In this document: positions 1-9,921 of the stretch, piece by piece | Layout of the letters: every line of letters begins with the position of its first letter | Position numbering within the stretch: position 1 is the first letter of the stretch | Origin: Alphaproteobacteria bacterium | GTDB taxonomy: Bacteria > Pseudomonadota > Alphaproteobacteria > SHVV01 | Assembly (NCBI GenBank): GCA_965261735.1 | Contig: OZ253470.1 | Span: 4,122,980-4,186,979, forward strand | Direction of reading: 5' to 3' | DNA: 64,000 nucleotides | The notes under the pieces: model-generated | The model's input: only the letters and a program-made list of their open reading frames with translations | What the model was told of the DNA's origin: nothing | The model's database searches: none | Program-made: the position numbers and the translations under genes

Positions 1-490
1 GCGTTCCGTTCCACGCCAGCATGACACGGCGACCAACGGCCTCGAAGGTACCGACGTAGGGGACGATCAGGATGGGCCGGCCGGACACGAGGGCGACCTC
101 CTCCGGCATGTCGATGACTTCGCGCTCGTCGCCCCCGCCGCGACCGCGCTGCCCAAGCACGACGAGGTCCGCGCAGTGAAACTGGTGCGCCGGAACGCGC
201 CAGTCGGAGCGTTCCTCGACACGCCATTCCGAGGCCAGTCCGTACTTCTGCGCTGCCTCCTCGAAGGCCGCCTTCATCTCATCCGCTTCCGCGCGCGCTT
301 GATCGATCTGCGGCTGAATGATGTCGCTACCGGCGTAGATGCCGGGATAGCTCGGGATGTAGGGTGGCGCGATGAAGTAAATGGCCGTGAGGTGCGCCTC
401 GTGGGCCTGAGCTAGGAGGCACGCGACATCCGTGCGCTCGCTCGAGCGCTCGCCGGGACCGAGATGAAGCAGGATATCCTTGATCGCCAT
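1..490 (-). CDS. Universal stress protein (UspA family), C-terminus cut by window edge
   Basis: Minus-strand translation from ATG at 490 reads MAIKDILLHLGPGERSSERTDVA...PILIVPYVG, typical UspA fold signature. It is not in the ORF track because it runs off the edge. Confidence 0.6.
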   Translation of the reverse strand, partial: MAIKDILLHLGPGERSSERTDVACLLAQAHEAHLTAIYFIAPPYIPSYPGIYAGSDIIQPQIDQARAEADEMKAAFEEAAQKYGLASEWRVEERSDWRVPAHQFHCADLVVLGQRGRGGGDEREVIDMPEEVALVSGRPILIVPYVGTFEAVGRRVMLAWNGT

Positions 491-556
491 GCGTGCTCTC
501 CTTTGACGGATTACCATCGCCGATAGCCCGTTCTAACCCGTTGAGGCGACTGCGCT

Positions 557-570
557 TTGATCTGGATCAA
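557..570. promoter_or_regulatory. FNR/FixK-type anaerobox TTGAT-N4-ATCAA (TTGATCTGGATCAA)
   Basis: Perfect match to the TTGAT-N4-ATCAA consensus in a GC-rich divergent promoter region, ~70 bp upstream of the usp start. usp genes are classical FixK/FNR targets. Confidence 0.5.
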
Positions 571-785
571 TCGCCCCGGCGGCGCCCGCGGTCGCTGGCC
601 ACTTAACGGCGAGGGTGTTATGAGTGGCTGCCCCGAGGGGCTCGCCGTCCTGTCTGCTCCCTTGCAGGCCCGGCGCGCGGTCGCGCCCCCAAGGCGATAT
701 TCATGACCGCTACGGAGGTTCGCTTCATGGCCGCCATCGGGCGACGTGCCGCTTGGTCGGTGGCGGCTTCACGCGACCCCGCGCG

Positions 786-1688
786 ATGAGCGGTACGGCG
801 CCGCACAGAGGCGCCGGCGACGCGAGCAGCTCCGCGGGCCGCGGAATCCTGCTCATGATGGCGAGCAGCTTCTTCCTGATCAGCAACGACGCCACGCTGA
901 AGTGGGTTTCCACGGACCTTCCGGTCGGCCAGATGCTCTTCATTCGGGGCTGCGTGACGCTGGCGATTGTCATTTTTTTCGTGTGGCGGGCCGGTGGGAT
1001 CATCGCGTTGCGCGTCGTCTATCCGCGCGCCCAGGCGGCGCGCGCCGGGCTCGTCGTGCTGGGTACGTTCCTGTTCATCAACGCGCTTCGCCTGATGCCC
1101 CTCGCGGATGCCGCCTCGCTCGGTTCCGTCGGCCCCATCATGATCGCGGCGCTGGCCCCGTTCATGCTTGGCGAGCAGGTCGGGTGGCGGCGATGGAGCG
1201 CCGTTGTCGTGGGGTTCCTGGGCGTCGTCATCATGCTGCGGCCGACCGGCGAGGGGTTGTATTGGGCGGCGCTGCTGCCGGTCGCCGCGGCCTCGACCGG
1301 GGCCGTGCGCGACATCATCACGCGCCGTATCATCCGGGCGGAATCGTCGATCGCGACGCTCTTCTACACCACGGTCGCCGTGACCGCCGGTGGCCTGGCC
1401 ACGGCCCCCTTTGGTTGGCAGACACCGCGTGCCGGCGATCTCGCGCTGCTGCTCATGACCGGCGTCATGCTCTCCGGCGCTCATTACCTCCAGATCGAGG
1501 CCTATCGTCACGCCGAGGCGGCGACCATCGCGCCGTTCCGCTACACCTCGCTGGTCTGGGCCACACTATTAGGCTTCCTCCTGTGGGGCGATGTGCCGGA
1601 ATCCTGGACGGTCGCGGGCGCCGCCCTCGTCGTCGGCAGCGGCCTCTACATCTTCCATCGCGAAACCGTGCGCGCACGCATGTCCTGA
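786..1688 (+). CDS. EamA/DMT family transporter (10 TM)
   Basis: Hydrophobic EamA-like repeats in ORF 624..1688. Start set at internal ATG 786 (MSGTAPHRG) ahead of the first TM; start is uncertain. Confidence 0.65.
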   Translation: MSGTAPHRGAGDASSSAGRGILLMMASSFFLISNDATLKWVSTDLPVGQMLFIRGCVTLAIVIFFVWRAGGIIALRVVYPRAQAARAGLVVLGTFLFINALRLMPLADAASLGSVGPIMIAALAPFMLGEQVGWRRWSAVVVGFLGVVIMLRPTGEGLYWAALLPVAAASTGAVRDIITRRIIRAESSIATLFYTTVAVTAGGLATAPFGWQTPRAGDLALLLMTGVMLSGAHYLQIEAYRHAEAATIAPFRYTSLVWATLLGFLLWGDVPESWTVAGAALVVGSGLYIFHRETVRARMS

Positions 1689-1698
1689 GCCGTTCGCG

Positions 1699-2637
1699 TC
1701 AGCCCGGCGCGAGGCAGCCCGCCAAGGACTCGGCAAGATTTCGCATGAGCGCGAAATAGGCGTCGGGTCCGGGCTCGAGGTTCACGCCGAGCGGGTCGAG
1801 GATGCCGGAACGGGCCGCGCTGCCGGCGACCAGCACCGGCAGCAGAGTTGGCGCGCTCGACGGTCCGCCGAAGACGCATGTGGTGCCCGATTCGAGGATA
1901 AGGCGTCGCAGGTCGCGCAGGCTTCGCGCCCCGGGTTGGGCGGCGGGATTGGCGGCGAGGGCCGCTACCGGCGCGATCGCGAAGCGCACTTCGAAATATT
2001 GATAGGCGTCGTGAAGAACCACGTAGGGGCGGCCGCGCGACGGCCCGAGCCGCGCTTGCAGTTCCGTCGTCAGGTCATCGAGTCGTCGTTCGAGCCGTTG
2101 CGCGTTGGCCTTGTACTGCTGGGCGTTCACCACATCGACTTCGCTCAGGACCTGGGAAGCGTGGCGCGCCATGTGCCGGGCGTTCTCAGGGTCGAGCCAG
2201 ACATGGGCATCGAGGCCGCGCGCGTCGGGACCGGCGGGCTCGTGTGCGACCGTGGGTCCGCGCACGAGTCCGCCGCGCCGCGCGAGCCTCCTGACGCCCG
2301 GTACAGCGGCGAGCGCGACGACGCGCGTTGCAGGGCCGAGGGCGGCGAGTGGCTTGGCGAGGAAGGTCTCGAGCTCTTCGCCGATCCAAAAGATCACATC
2401 GGCGGACTGAATGGCCTTGGCATCGGAGGGGCGGAGCGACATTTCGTGCGGTGACGCGGCGCCCCGGACGAGCAGGTGCGGCTCGCCAACCCCCTCCATG
2501 ATGGCGGCGACCAAGGCGTGCACCGGCGTGATCGTGACGACGACGCCAGGGGCTCCCGCCGCCGCCCCGAAGGGAAGGCAGAAGGCGGCGATCGCAGCCA
2601 CGATCGCCGAGGCCGGCGTATTGCTACCGTATCGCAT
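1699..2637 (-). CDS. znuA: Zinc ABC transporter substrate-binding protein ZnuA
   Basis: Internal start MRYGSNTPASAIVAAIAAF (signal peptide) in the 603-aa track ORF, His-rich loop, ZnuA/TroA family similarity. Divergent from zur-znuCB. Confidence 0.85.
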   Translation of the reverse strand: MRYGSNTPASAIVAAIAAFCLPFGAAAGAPGVVVTITPVHALVAAIMEGVGEPHLLVRGAASPHEMSLRPSDAKAIQSADVIFWIGEELETFLAKPLAALGPATRVVALAAVPGVRRLARRGGLVRGPTVAHEPAGPDARGLDAHVWLDPENARHMARHASQVLSEVDVVNAQQYKANAQRLERRLDDLTTELQARLGPSRGRPYVVLHDAYQYFEVRFAIAPVAALAANPAAQPGARSLRDLRRLILESGTTCVFGGPSSAPTLLPVLVAGSAARSGILDPLGVNLEPGPDAYFALMRNLAESLAGCLAPG

Positions 2638-2670
2638 CGCGTTGACGTTCCGCACTAGGCGAGCTGAATA

Positions 2671-2691
2671 ATATGATATAATATAACATAT
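2671..2691. promoter_or_regulatory. Zur box, AT-rich imperfect palindrome ATATGATATAATATAACATAT
   Basis: 21-nt AT-rich palindrome (18/21 symmetric) in the GC-rich znuA / zur divergent intergenic region. Confidence 0.6.
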
Positions 2692-2775
2692 CGTCGGCGA
2701 AGGATCGTGTAGTCGGACTCTTCTGTCGTTCTTCGCGACGGTGGTTGCTGGCGCACGAAGGGAAGCGCTCTGGCG

Positions 2776-3294
2776 ATGCCCACCGACACCTCGGTCCTCG
2801 TCGCGTTCAAGCCGCAGGCGCACGATCACGGCCGCTGCGTGCGCGACTCGCTGGCGGCGGCGGCGGAGGTCTGCGCCGCTCGCGGCCTCCGTTTCACGGC
2901 GTTGCGTCGGCGCGTCCTCGAGCTCGTGCTCGGCGGGCACGAGCCGGTGCGGGCGTACGATGTGCTCGACCAGCTGGGGAGCGAGCGCCGGCGCGCCGCC
3001 CCGCCCACGGTCTACCGCGCTCTCGAGTTCCTCCTCGCCAACGGATTGATTCATCGTATCGAGTCGTTGAGCGCTTATGTTGGGTGCGGCGAGCCACGGG
3101 TCCCGCACACCGGGCAATTCCTGATCTGCGGGGTCTGCGGCTCGGCGGCGGAACTCGGCGACCTCGACATCGCCGGCCTTGTCGTTAGCAAGGCGAAGCG
3201 ACTGGGCTTTCGCGTCCAGCGCCAATCCATCGAGGCCATGGGCGTTTGCCGCGCATGCGCCTCGCGTGCCCGGCGCGCGGGCCACGGAAAATAG
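2776..3294 (+). CDS. zur: Fur-family zinc uptake regulator Zur
   Basis: Fur-family fold, CxxC pairs (CGVCG, CRAC), located immediately upstream of znuC. Confidence 0.8.
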   Translation: MPTDTSVLVAFKPQAHDHGRCVRDSLAAAAEVCAARGLRFTALRRRVLELVLGGHEPVRAYDVLDQLGSERRRAAPPTVYRALEFLLANGLIHRIESLSAYVGCGEPRVPHTGQFLICGVCGSAAELGDLDIAGLVVSKAKRLGFRVQRQSIEAMGVCRACASRARRAGHGK

Positions 3295-3298
3295 GTCC

Positions 3299-4084
3299 AT
3301 GGCGGCGGACCCCCTGGTCGCGGCCACCGGCGTTTCGGTCCGCGTCGGCGGGCGGGCAGTGCTGGATCGCGTCGACCTCGACGTCTCGCGCGGTGAAATC
3401 GTCACCCTGATCGGCCCCAACGGCTCCGGCAAAACGACATTGGTCCGGGCGCTCCTCGGCCTCCTTGGGCCCGACGCCGGCACAGTCAGCCGCGCACCGC
3501 ATCTGCGCATCGGCTACGTACCGCAACACTTCAGCGTCGACAGTGCGCTACCCCTCACGGTCGGCCGTTTCCTGACGCTGTCGGCCAGGGCCAAACCTCG
3601 CCGCCTTGCCGAGGCGCTCGACGATGTCGGTGCTCCGGGCCTGTTGGAGAGTCCCGTGGACGGCATATCGGGGGGCGAGCTGCGGCGCGTGCTGCTCGCC
3701 CGCGCGCTGCTCGCCGACCCCGATCTGCTCGTCCTCGATGAGCCGAGCGCCGGGGTCGACGTCGCCGGCCAAGTGGGCCTCTACGCACTCATCCGGGAGT
3801 TGCGCGAGAGGCGCCACTGCGCCGTGCTCCTGGTTTCACACGATCTGCATCTGGTCATGGCCGCGACCGACCGGGTCTTTTGCCTCAACCGTCACGTGTG
3901 CTGCACCGGCGCGCCCGAATCGGTGCGCCGCCATCCCGAGTTCATCGCGCTGTTTGGGCCCGAATGGGGCGAGCTCATGGCGCCGTATGCCCACCGCCAC
4001 GATCATCACCACGCCCTGTCGGGCGAGCCGATACCGGAGGGCGGCGCGGGCGCCGCATCGACCGCCAACGCCGAGCCGTCGTAA
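3299..4084 (+). CDS. znuC: Zinc ABC transporter ATP-binding protein ZnuC
   Basis: Walker A GPNGSGKTT, ABC signature SGGELRR, Walker B LLVLDEP, C-terminal His-rich tail. Start ATG 3299 lies 5 nt after the zur stop. Confidence 0.85.
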   Translation: MAADPLVAATGVSVRVGGRAVLDRVDLDVSRGEIVTLIGPNGSGKTTLVRALLGLLGPDAGTVSRAPHLRIGYVPQHFSVDSALPLTVGRFLTLSARAKPRRLAEALDDVGAPGLLESPVDGISGGELRRVLLARALLADPDLLVLDEPSAGVDVAGQVGLYALIRELRERRHCAVLLVSHDLHLVMAATDRVFCLNRHVCCTGAPESVRRHPEFIALFGPEWGELMAPYAHRHDHHHALSGEPIPEGGAGAASTANAEPS

Positions 4085-4089
4085 GCGCC

Positions 4090-4893
4090 GTGCTCGACGA
4101 TTTCGTCATACGCGCGCTCGTTGCCGGCGTTGGCGTCGCCTTTGTGGCGGGGCCCATGGGCTGCTTCCTGGTCTGGCGGCGTATGACCTTTTTCGGCGCC
4201 GCGTTGGCTCACTCGGTACTGCTCGGCATCGCCCTCGGCCTGCTCATGACGATCAACGTCAACCTTGCCGTGGCCGCGGTCTGCGGCCTCGTCGCGCTGA
4301 TGCTCGTCGGGCTGGAACGCCGAGCGAGGCTGCCCACCGACACCCTTCTCGGCATCATCGCGCATTCGATGCTCGCGGTCGGCCTCGTCGCGATTTCGCT
4401 GATGGAGCCGGTACGCGTCGATCTCGTCGCGCTCCTCTTCGGCGACATTCTTGCGGTCACGGCGGGCGATCTCGCGCTCATCTACGCCGGCGGGGCGGCG
4501 GTCGTCGTCGTCCTCCTCGCCATCTGGCGGCCCCTGCTGTCACTGACCGTGCACGAGGAGCTGGCCCGCGTCGATGGCGTTGCGGTGGCGCGGACGAAGC
4601 TCCTGTTCACGCTGCTCATCGCAGTCACCATCGCGGTCGCGATGAAGCTTGTCGGCATCCTGCTCATCATCTCGATGCTGGTTGTTCCGGCGGCTGCGGC
4701 GCGGCGCGTGGCGGCCACACCGGAGGCGATGGCACTTATGGCCGCGGCCATCGGTTGCGCTGCCGTTGGTGGCGGTGTCGGCGCCTCGTTGGCCTGGGAT
4801 ACGCCCGCCGGACCCTCGATCGTCGTGGCGGCGACGGCGATGTTCGTGGCGGCGCTGATGGTACCGGCGCGGGGCGGCCCCGCTAGCCCTTGA
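4090..4893 (+). CDS. znuB: Zinc ABC transporter permease ZnuB
   Basis: Polytopic ABC-3 family permease. GTG start chosen just after the znuC stop, in frame with track ORF 3880..4893. Confidence 0.75.
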   Translation: MLDDFVIRALVAGVGVAFVAGPMGCFLVWRRMTFFGAALAHSVLLGIALGLLMTINVNLAVAAVCGLVALMLVGLERRARLPTDTLLGIIAHSMLAVGLVAISLMEPVRVDLVALLFGDILAVTAGDLALIYAGGAAVVVVLLAIWRPLLSLTVHEELARVDGVAVARTKLLFTLLIAVTIAVAMKLVGILLIISMLVVPAAAARRVAATPEAMALMAAAIGCAAVGGGVGASLAWDTPAGPSIVVAATAMFVAALMVPARGGPASP

Positions 4894-6308
4894 CGCAAAC
4901 GAGCGGCACCACCTTGGCTACCTTGCGCGCGAGCCCAGCCGCGGCGGTGACATCGACCACGGCGCTTACGTCCTTATAGGCGCCGGGAGCCTCCTCGGCG
5001 ACGCCGCGTTGGCTCGGGCTGCGAATCAGGATTCCGCGCTCGGCGAGTTCGTCGACGAGATGCCGGCCGCTCCAGGTTTTCTTGGCCTGATGGCGGCTCA
5101 TGCGCCGCCCCGCGCCGTGGCACGCGGAGCCGAACGCGGCCTCGGCCACCTCCGCGGGGCCGGCGAGGACGTAGGACGCCGTGCCTATGCTGCCGCCGAT
5201 CAGTACCGGCTGGCCCGCCCGGCGCAGGGAGTCGGGGATATCGGGGTGGCCCGGAGCGAGGGCCCGTGTCGCGCCCTTGCGGTGAACGAAGAGCTTCCTC
5301 GCGTCGCCGTCGACGACGTGTTCCTCAACCTTGCAGGTGTTGTGGGACACGTCGTAGAGCAGGCTCAGGCGCGCCTGCGGCAGCAGCCGGGCGAACACCT
5401 CGCGCATGAGATGCGTAATGATCTGGCGGTTGGCGAGGGCACAGTTGATGGCCGCGCGCATGGCGCCGAGGTAACTCTGGCCGACGTCCGAATCGATTCG
5501 GCGCGCAGGCGAGCTCCCGGTCCGGCAGGGCGATGCCGAACTGGCCGGCGCTAGCCGCCATCGAGCGCAAGTACTCGGTGCCGATCTGATGGCCGAGCCC
5601 GCGCGAGCCGCAATGGATGCTGATCACCAGGTCGCCGGCCGCGAGACCGAAGGCGCGGGCCGCTTCCGCGTCGTAGATCTCGGCGATTTCCTGAAGCTCG
5701 AGATAGTGGTTGCCCGAGCCTAGCGTTCCCATCTCCCGGCGCTGGCGCGCACGATCGGAGACGCGGTCGGACCGGGCCCCGGCGATACAACCCTGTTCCT
5801 CGATGCGCTCGAGGTCGCCGGTCTCGCCCCAGCCGCGCTCGACGGCCCAGCGCGCGCCGCCCTCGAGCATGGCGTCCATGGCGTCGTTATCGAGGGTGAT
5901 GGCGCCGGTGCTGCCCACGCCGGCTGGGATGTGCGCGAACAGGCCGTCGGCGAGAGCCACCTTGCACGACTCGATGTCGGCGGCCCTCAGACCCGTGTGC
6001 AGGGTGCGCACTCCACAGGAGATGTCGAAACCGACACCGCCAGCCGAGATCACCCCGCCTTCGGCCGGGTCGAAGGCGCCGACGCCACCGATCGGGAAGC
6101 CATAGCCCCAATGCGCGTCCGGCATGGCGTAGGCGGCCTGGACGATCCCCGGCAGGGTCGCGACATTGGTCAGTTGCTCGAATACGCGATCGTCCATGTC
6201 GCGCAGGAGCTCGGCCGAGGCGAACACCACCGCCGGCACGCGCATGTTGCCGAAGGGCTCGACCTCCCACTCGTGGGTGCTGGGCTCGTCTCCCCGCGCC
6301 ACTGGTAC
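4883..6308 (-). pseudogene. rtcB: RNA-splicing ligase RtcB, interrupted by a frameshift near 5325-5461
   Basis: ORF 5325..6434 carries the N-terminal and middle part of RtcB (MPDAHWGYGFPIGGV, GSGNHYLELQ, IHCGSRGLGHQ). ORF 4883..5461 carries the C-terminal part (SACHGAGR, NTCKVEEH) in another frame. Confidence 0.7.
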
Positions 6309-6310
6309 CG

Positions 6311-6553
6311 CTAGCGCTCTTCGTCCGAGTTTTCCTCGTCGGCCTTCAAGATCTCGTAGACCTGGACGACCGCACCCGCCAGCGGTCGCTCGAGATCGGC
6401 GCCGAGGTAGTCCTCCTCGGTCAACCACGTCCACGCCTCGACGAGCTCTGCCAGCGTGGCCCCGGTTTCGACGATGGCTGCGATGCGGCTATCCTTCAAA
6501 TCGCCCGTCACCGAGATCACCTCATCATGCGTCAGCCGCACCGCGCTATTCAT
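6311..6553 (-). CDS. Hypothetical 80-aa acidic protein between archease and rtcB
   Basis: Track ORF with ATG start and acidic C-terminal tail (KADEENSDEER), co-oriented inside an apparent archease-orf-rtcB operon. Confidence 0.4.
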   Translation of the reverse strand: MNSAVRLTHDEVISVTGDLKDSRIAAIVETGATLAELVEAWTWLTEEDYLGADLERPLAGAVVQVYEILKADEENSDEER

Positions 6554-6614
6554 GCCCTACCTCCCTGTCCCCTTGTGTCAGACGTCGACCACACATTGCG
6601 CGATCCACTGGCCC

Positions 6615-6995
6615 TCAGCCATCCCTATGGACGCTCAGCGCCGTATATGTTGCCCCCTTGGGCTCCACCGCCGGCCGGTGGCGGGCAACGTCAATCGCTT
6701 CGCCCCAGGCCGTCGCCACGAGCTCGCTGCCGTCGATGGCGACGTCGAAACGGGAGAACAGCATGTTTCGCGTGGCCATTTCGTAGATCACGGCATTCAA
6801 CCAATCCGCGAGTAGGAGCTCGGCATCGGGGTTGTCGCATGCGATCTCCACCGGAGATGACGGCGCCACCGATTCGAGCTCGGTCACCACGGCGGTGAGC
6901 GCGCGCGCGGATTCTGCGAAGGCCGACGCCTGCGAGTCACCGATGCCGCGAACGCCGATGTCGGCGCCGTGCGGAAAGTGCTCCCATCGGGCCAT
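6615..6995 (-). CDS. Archease (RtcB activator)
   Basis: N-terminal [17 protein letters not shown] matches the archease HxADxG signature, ~125 aa, upstream of rtcB. Confidence 0.75.
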   Translation of the reverse strand: MARWEHFPHGADIGVRGIGDSQASAFAESARALTAVVTELESVAPSSPVEIACDNPDAELLLADWLNAVIYEMATRNMLFSRFDVAIDGSELVATAWGEAIDVARHRPAVEPKGATYTALSVHRDG

Positions 6996-7043
6996 CTCGC
7001 CTCCGCGTCACCGCACGGTAGGAGCGACGCCCTCGGCGGGTCG

Positions 7044-7057
7044 TTGATTTGGATCAA
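7044..7057. promoter_or_regulatory. FNR/FixK-type anaerobox TTGATTTGGATCAA upstream of the archease-rtcB operon
   Basis: Perfect TTGAT-N4-ATCAA, centred ~55 bp upstream of the archease start codon. Confidence 0.45.
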
Positions 7058-7067
7058 CCGGCATCGC

Positions 7068-7703
7068 CTACTCGCCCGGCACGCCAGGATGCTTGTAGTA
7101 GTGCCACAGAAAACGCGCCGCGGCGCTGCGATGCGGTCGCCAGGGCTCACCCGAAGCCCGCAGCTCTTCGCGCGTGGGCATGCTCGGAAGCCGCTTGAGC
7201 CGCTGCAGCGCCTTGCGTATCGCGAGGTCGTCCGCGGGCCAGATATCGCGCCGGCCGAGCGCGAACAAGAGATAGATCTCGGCGCTCCAGCGGCCGATCC
7301 CTTTGGCCCGCACGAGGTGGGCGATTGCCGCCTCGTCGTCCATGGTGGCAGCCGCGTCGAGGTCGAGGCGGCCCGCCACCAGGTCTTCCGCCAGCGCCAT
7401 GCCGTACGACATCTTTTGACGGCTGAGGCCAATCGCCCGCAGCGCGGCGGCGTCGAGGCCGAGGAAGGCCTCGGGCGTGAGCGGGGTTGCCGCGAGCCGC
7501 AGGCGGTCGATGATCGCGCGTGCCGAGGCGGCCGAGACCTGCTGCGCGGCGATGATCCGCATCAGGCCGGCGAAGCCGGGCTCCTGGTGCCGGACGGGTG
7601 GCACCCCGCAGGCACTGAATGCGCTCGCCAAATCGTCGTCGCGGGCCGCGAGCACCTCCAGCGCCGGTCTGAGCGCCTCGTCACATGGCGGCCGCGTGGT
7701 CAT
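7068..7703 (-). CDS. alkA: DNA-3-methyladenine glycosylase II / HhH-GPD family (AlkA-like)
   Basis: HhH-GPD region (VRAKGIGRWSAEIYLLFALGRRDIWPADDLAIRKAL). Start taken at MTTRPPC. Confidence 0.7.
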   Translation of the reverse strand: MTTRPPCDEALRPALEVLAARDDDLASAFSACGVPPVRHQEPGFAGLMRIIAAQQVSAASARAIIDRLRLAATPLTPEAFLGLDAAALRAIGLSRQKMSYGMALAEDLVAGRLDLDAAATMDDEAAIAHLVRAKGIGRWSAEIYLLFALGRRDIWPADDLAIRKALQRLKRLPSMPTREELRASGEPWRPHRSAAARFLWHYYKHPGVPGE

Positions 7704-7816
7704 CACCCTGCCACTCTCGCACACGCCGTCATCAGCCCTCCCACGCACCTTGATCAATGATGGGGAAGCGGCGATGATGCGGCAAGCCCCGCGGGGGCAG
7801 GGAAAGGGAGGAGCAG

Positions 7817-8515
7817 ATGGGCCTTACCGTCGACGAAACGCTGTCGCGGATCGACGAGATTCACGCCAAGAAGAAGTTCTGGGAGCACCCCATGTGGAAG
7901 GGGCTCCTGGACGGCTCGCACGATCTGCCCAAGGTCAGGGAGTTCGCGCGCCAGCACGGCATCATCCCGTTGCACAACCACAACTATCACGGCCGGCTCT
8001 ACGTCGTGTGCCCGGACCCCAAATGGCGCGAGATGATCGCCGAGGTGGTTTACGAGGAGGGCACCGGCGAGCTGTACGCCAGCGGCGTTCCCCACAACGA
8101 CCTCTACTACAACTTCGGCGAGGGGCTGGGCATCAGCCGCGACGAGATGTGGAACACCGACTACTGCGCGGGCGCGCTCGGTTTCAAGGCCTACTTCTCG
8201 TACATGTGTGGCAAGAACTTTCTCGAAGGCGTGGCCGCCCACATGCTGGCGGGCGAGGCGCAAGGGCCAGGCTACTTCGGCACGATCGCGGAGAACTTCA
8301 AGAGCAGCTTCGGGCTCGACGACAAGGGGGTGGCGTTCTGGACCGTCCACGACGTCGCCGACGAGGATCATTCTGGTATCGGCCGCCAGCTCCTCGACCG
8401 CTTCGCCACGACCGAGAAGGACCTGGAGACCGTGCTGCACGTCGTTCAGGAAACCGTCGACGTCATGCAGTTGATGGAGGACGACGTCTGGAGCTGCATG
8501 CGGAAAGCCAGTTAG
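7817..8515 (+). CDS. TenA/PqqC-like heme-oxygenase-fold protein (iron-containing redox enzyme family)
   Basis: 232-aa ORF with strong RBS (GGAGGAGCAG ATG). Helical TenA_C/PqqC-like sequence character. Family assignment is by pattern only. Confidence 0.5.
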   Translation: MGLTVDETLSRIDEIHAKKKFWEHPMWKGLLDGSHDLPKVREFARQHGIIPLHNHNYHGRLYVVCPDPKWREMIAEVVYEEGTGELYASGVPHNDLYYNFGEGLGISRDEMWNTDYCAGALGFKAYFSYMCGKNFLEGVAAHMLAGEAQGPGYFGTIAENFKSSFGLDDKGVAFWTVHDVADEDHSGIGRQLLDRFATTEKDLETVLHVVQETVDVMQLMEDDVWSCMRKAS

Positions 8516-8637
8516 GCGCGGCCGACGCTTTCGCGCTGGGGGCCGCTGGTGGCGGTGGGCAGGCCCGGGCACGCCCGGCCTGAGGCAACGTTCCACCGCG
8601 CAGTCGTTGCGCGCCGCCGGATGTTCGGGAGGCAGCC

Positions 8638-9912
8638 ATGAAACCGCCCAATGAGCTGAGTGCGCTCGAGGCGGCGGACGCGCTGGCGGCGGGCACCCTC
8701 ACCAGCGAGCAACTCATGGCCGCGTGCCTAGAGCGCGTGGCCGCCCGCGACGCCGAGATCGGCGCCTGGATTCACCTCGATCCCGAGCAGGCGCTGGCTG
8801 CTGCGCGTGCCCGCGACCGTGCGCCGCGGCAGGGCCCGCTGCACGGCCTTCCCGTCGGCATCAAGGACATCATCGACACGGCCGACATGCCGACCGCCTA
8901 CGGCACGCCCATCTACGAGGGCAACCGGCCGGCGTGGGATGCCGCCTGCGTGGCCCTCGTCCGCGCCGCCGGCGGCGTGGTCATGGGCAAGACCGTGACC
9001 ACCGAGTTCGCCGGGCACCATCCCGGCAAGACCGCCAATCCGCACAACACCGCCCATACGCCGGGGGGCTCATCGAGCGGCTCCGCGGCGGCGGTCGCGG
9101 ACTTCATGGTGCCGCTCGCGTTCGGCACTCAAACCGGCGGGTCGGTCATTCGACCGGCTTCATTTTCCGGGGTCGTCGGCTACAAGGCTACGCACGGCGC
9201 GCTCAGCCTCGCCGGCGTGAAGTGGTTCGCGCCCTCGCTCGACAGCCTCGGCGTGATGGCCCGCTCGGTCGCCGACGCCGCGTTGATGCGGGCGGCGCTG
9301 GCGGGCGCGCCGGCCACGCTTGCGTCACTCGAGCGGCCGCCCGCCATCGGCCTGTGCCGGACGCCGCAGTGGGAGCAGGCGGACGCAGCGACCCAGTCGG
9401 CCGTCGAGAATTCCGCGCGCAACCTCGCCCGCACCGGCGCCGAGGTGCGCGACGTCGAACTCCCGGACCTGTTCGCCGAGTTGATCGAGGTCCACGCGAG
9501 CGTGATGACTTACGAGTCGGCGCGCTCCTTCGCCCACGAGTACCGCGTCCATGGCGGCGCCCTGAGCGAGAACCTGACGCAGGTAATCGAAATGGGGCAC
9601 CGTACCTCCCTCGCCGAGTACGCCGCGGCGCTGGAGCAGGCGGAGCGCGGCCGCCGCGCGCTGGTCGACGTAATGACGGGGCTCGACGTCCTGCTCGTCC
9701 CCGCGGCGCCCGGCGAAGCGCCGCTCGGGCTCGAATTCACCGGCGATCCCCTGTTCAACCGCATCTGGACGCTGTTGCACGTGCCGGCGGTCGCTCTGCC
9801 CGGCCATACCGGCCCCAACGGCTTGCCCGTCGGCATACAGGTCGTGGGCCCGGTAGGCGGCGACGACCGGATGCTGGCCGTGGCCGCGTGGATGGAATCG
9901 CGAATACTCTGA
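8638..9912 (+). CDS. Amidase (amidase signature family)
   Basis: GGSSSGSAAAVA amidase signature motif, ~424 aa, RBS GGGAGG. Confidence 0.8.
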   Translation: MKPPNELSALEAADALAAGTLTSEQLMAACLERVAARDAEIGAWIHLDPEQALAAARARDRAPRQGPLHGLPVGIKDIIDTADMPTAYGTPIYEGNRPAWDAACVALVRAAGGVVMGKTVTTEFAGHHPGKTANPHNTAHTPGGSSSGSAAAVADFMVPLAFGTQTGGSVIRPASFSGVVGYKATHGALSLAGVKWFAPSLDSLGVMARSVADAALMRAALAGAPATLASLERPPAIGLCRTPQWEQADAATQSAVENSARNLARTGAEVRDVELPDLFAELIEVHASVMTYESARSFAHEYRVHGGALSENLTQVIEMGHRTSLAEYAAALEQAERGRRALVDVMTGLDVLLVPAAPGEAPLGLEFTGDPLFNRIWTLLHVPAVALPGHTGPNGLPVGIQVVGPVGGDDRMLAVAAWMESRIL

Positions 9913-9921
9913 CGCGTGGTC

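Noticed and set aside
176-415. 79-aa plus-strand ORF
   Set aside because: Antisense to the universal stress protein gene. Composition-driven ORF in high-GC DNA.
1699-3510. 603-aa ORF on the minus strand covering znuA plus the zur region
   Set aside because: Only the C-terminal 313 aa (from MRYGSNT, ATG at 2637) are ZnuA with a signal peptide. The upstream part is antisense to zur/znuC and crosses the AT-rich Zur box.
6355-6365. My manual translation of the displayed bases near 6359-6362 (run ACCC) is one base out of register with the ORF-track proteins for both 6311..6553 and 5325..6434
   Set aside because: Most likely my own counting error. The ORF track is internally consistent, so track coordinates were used.
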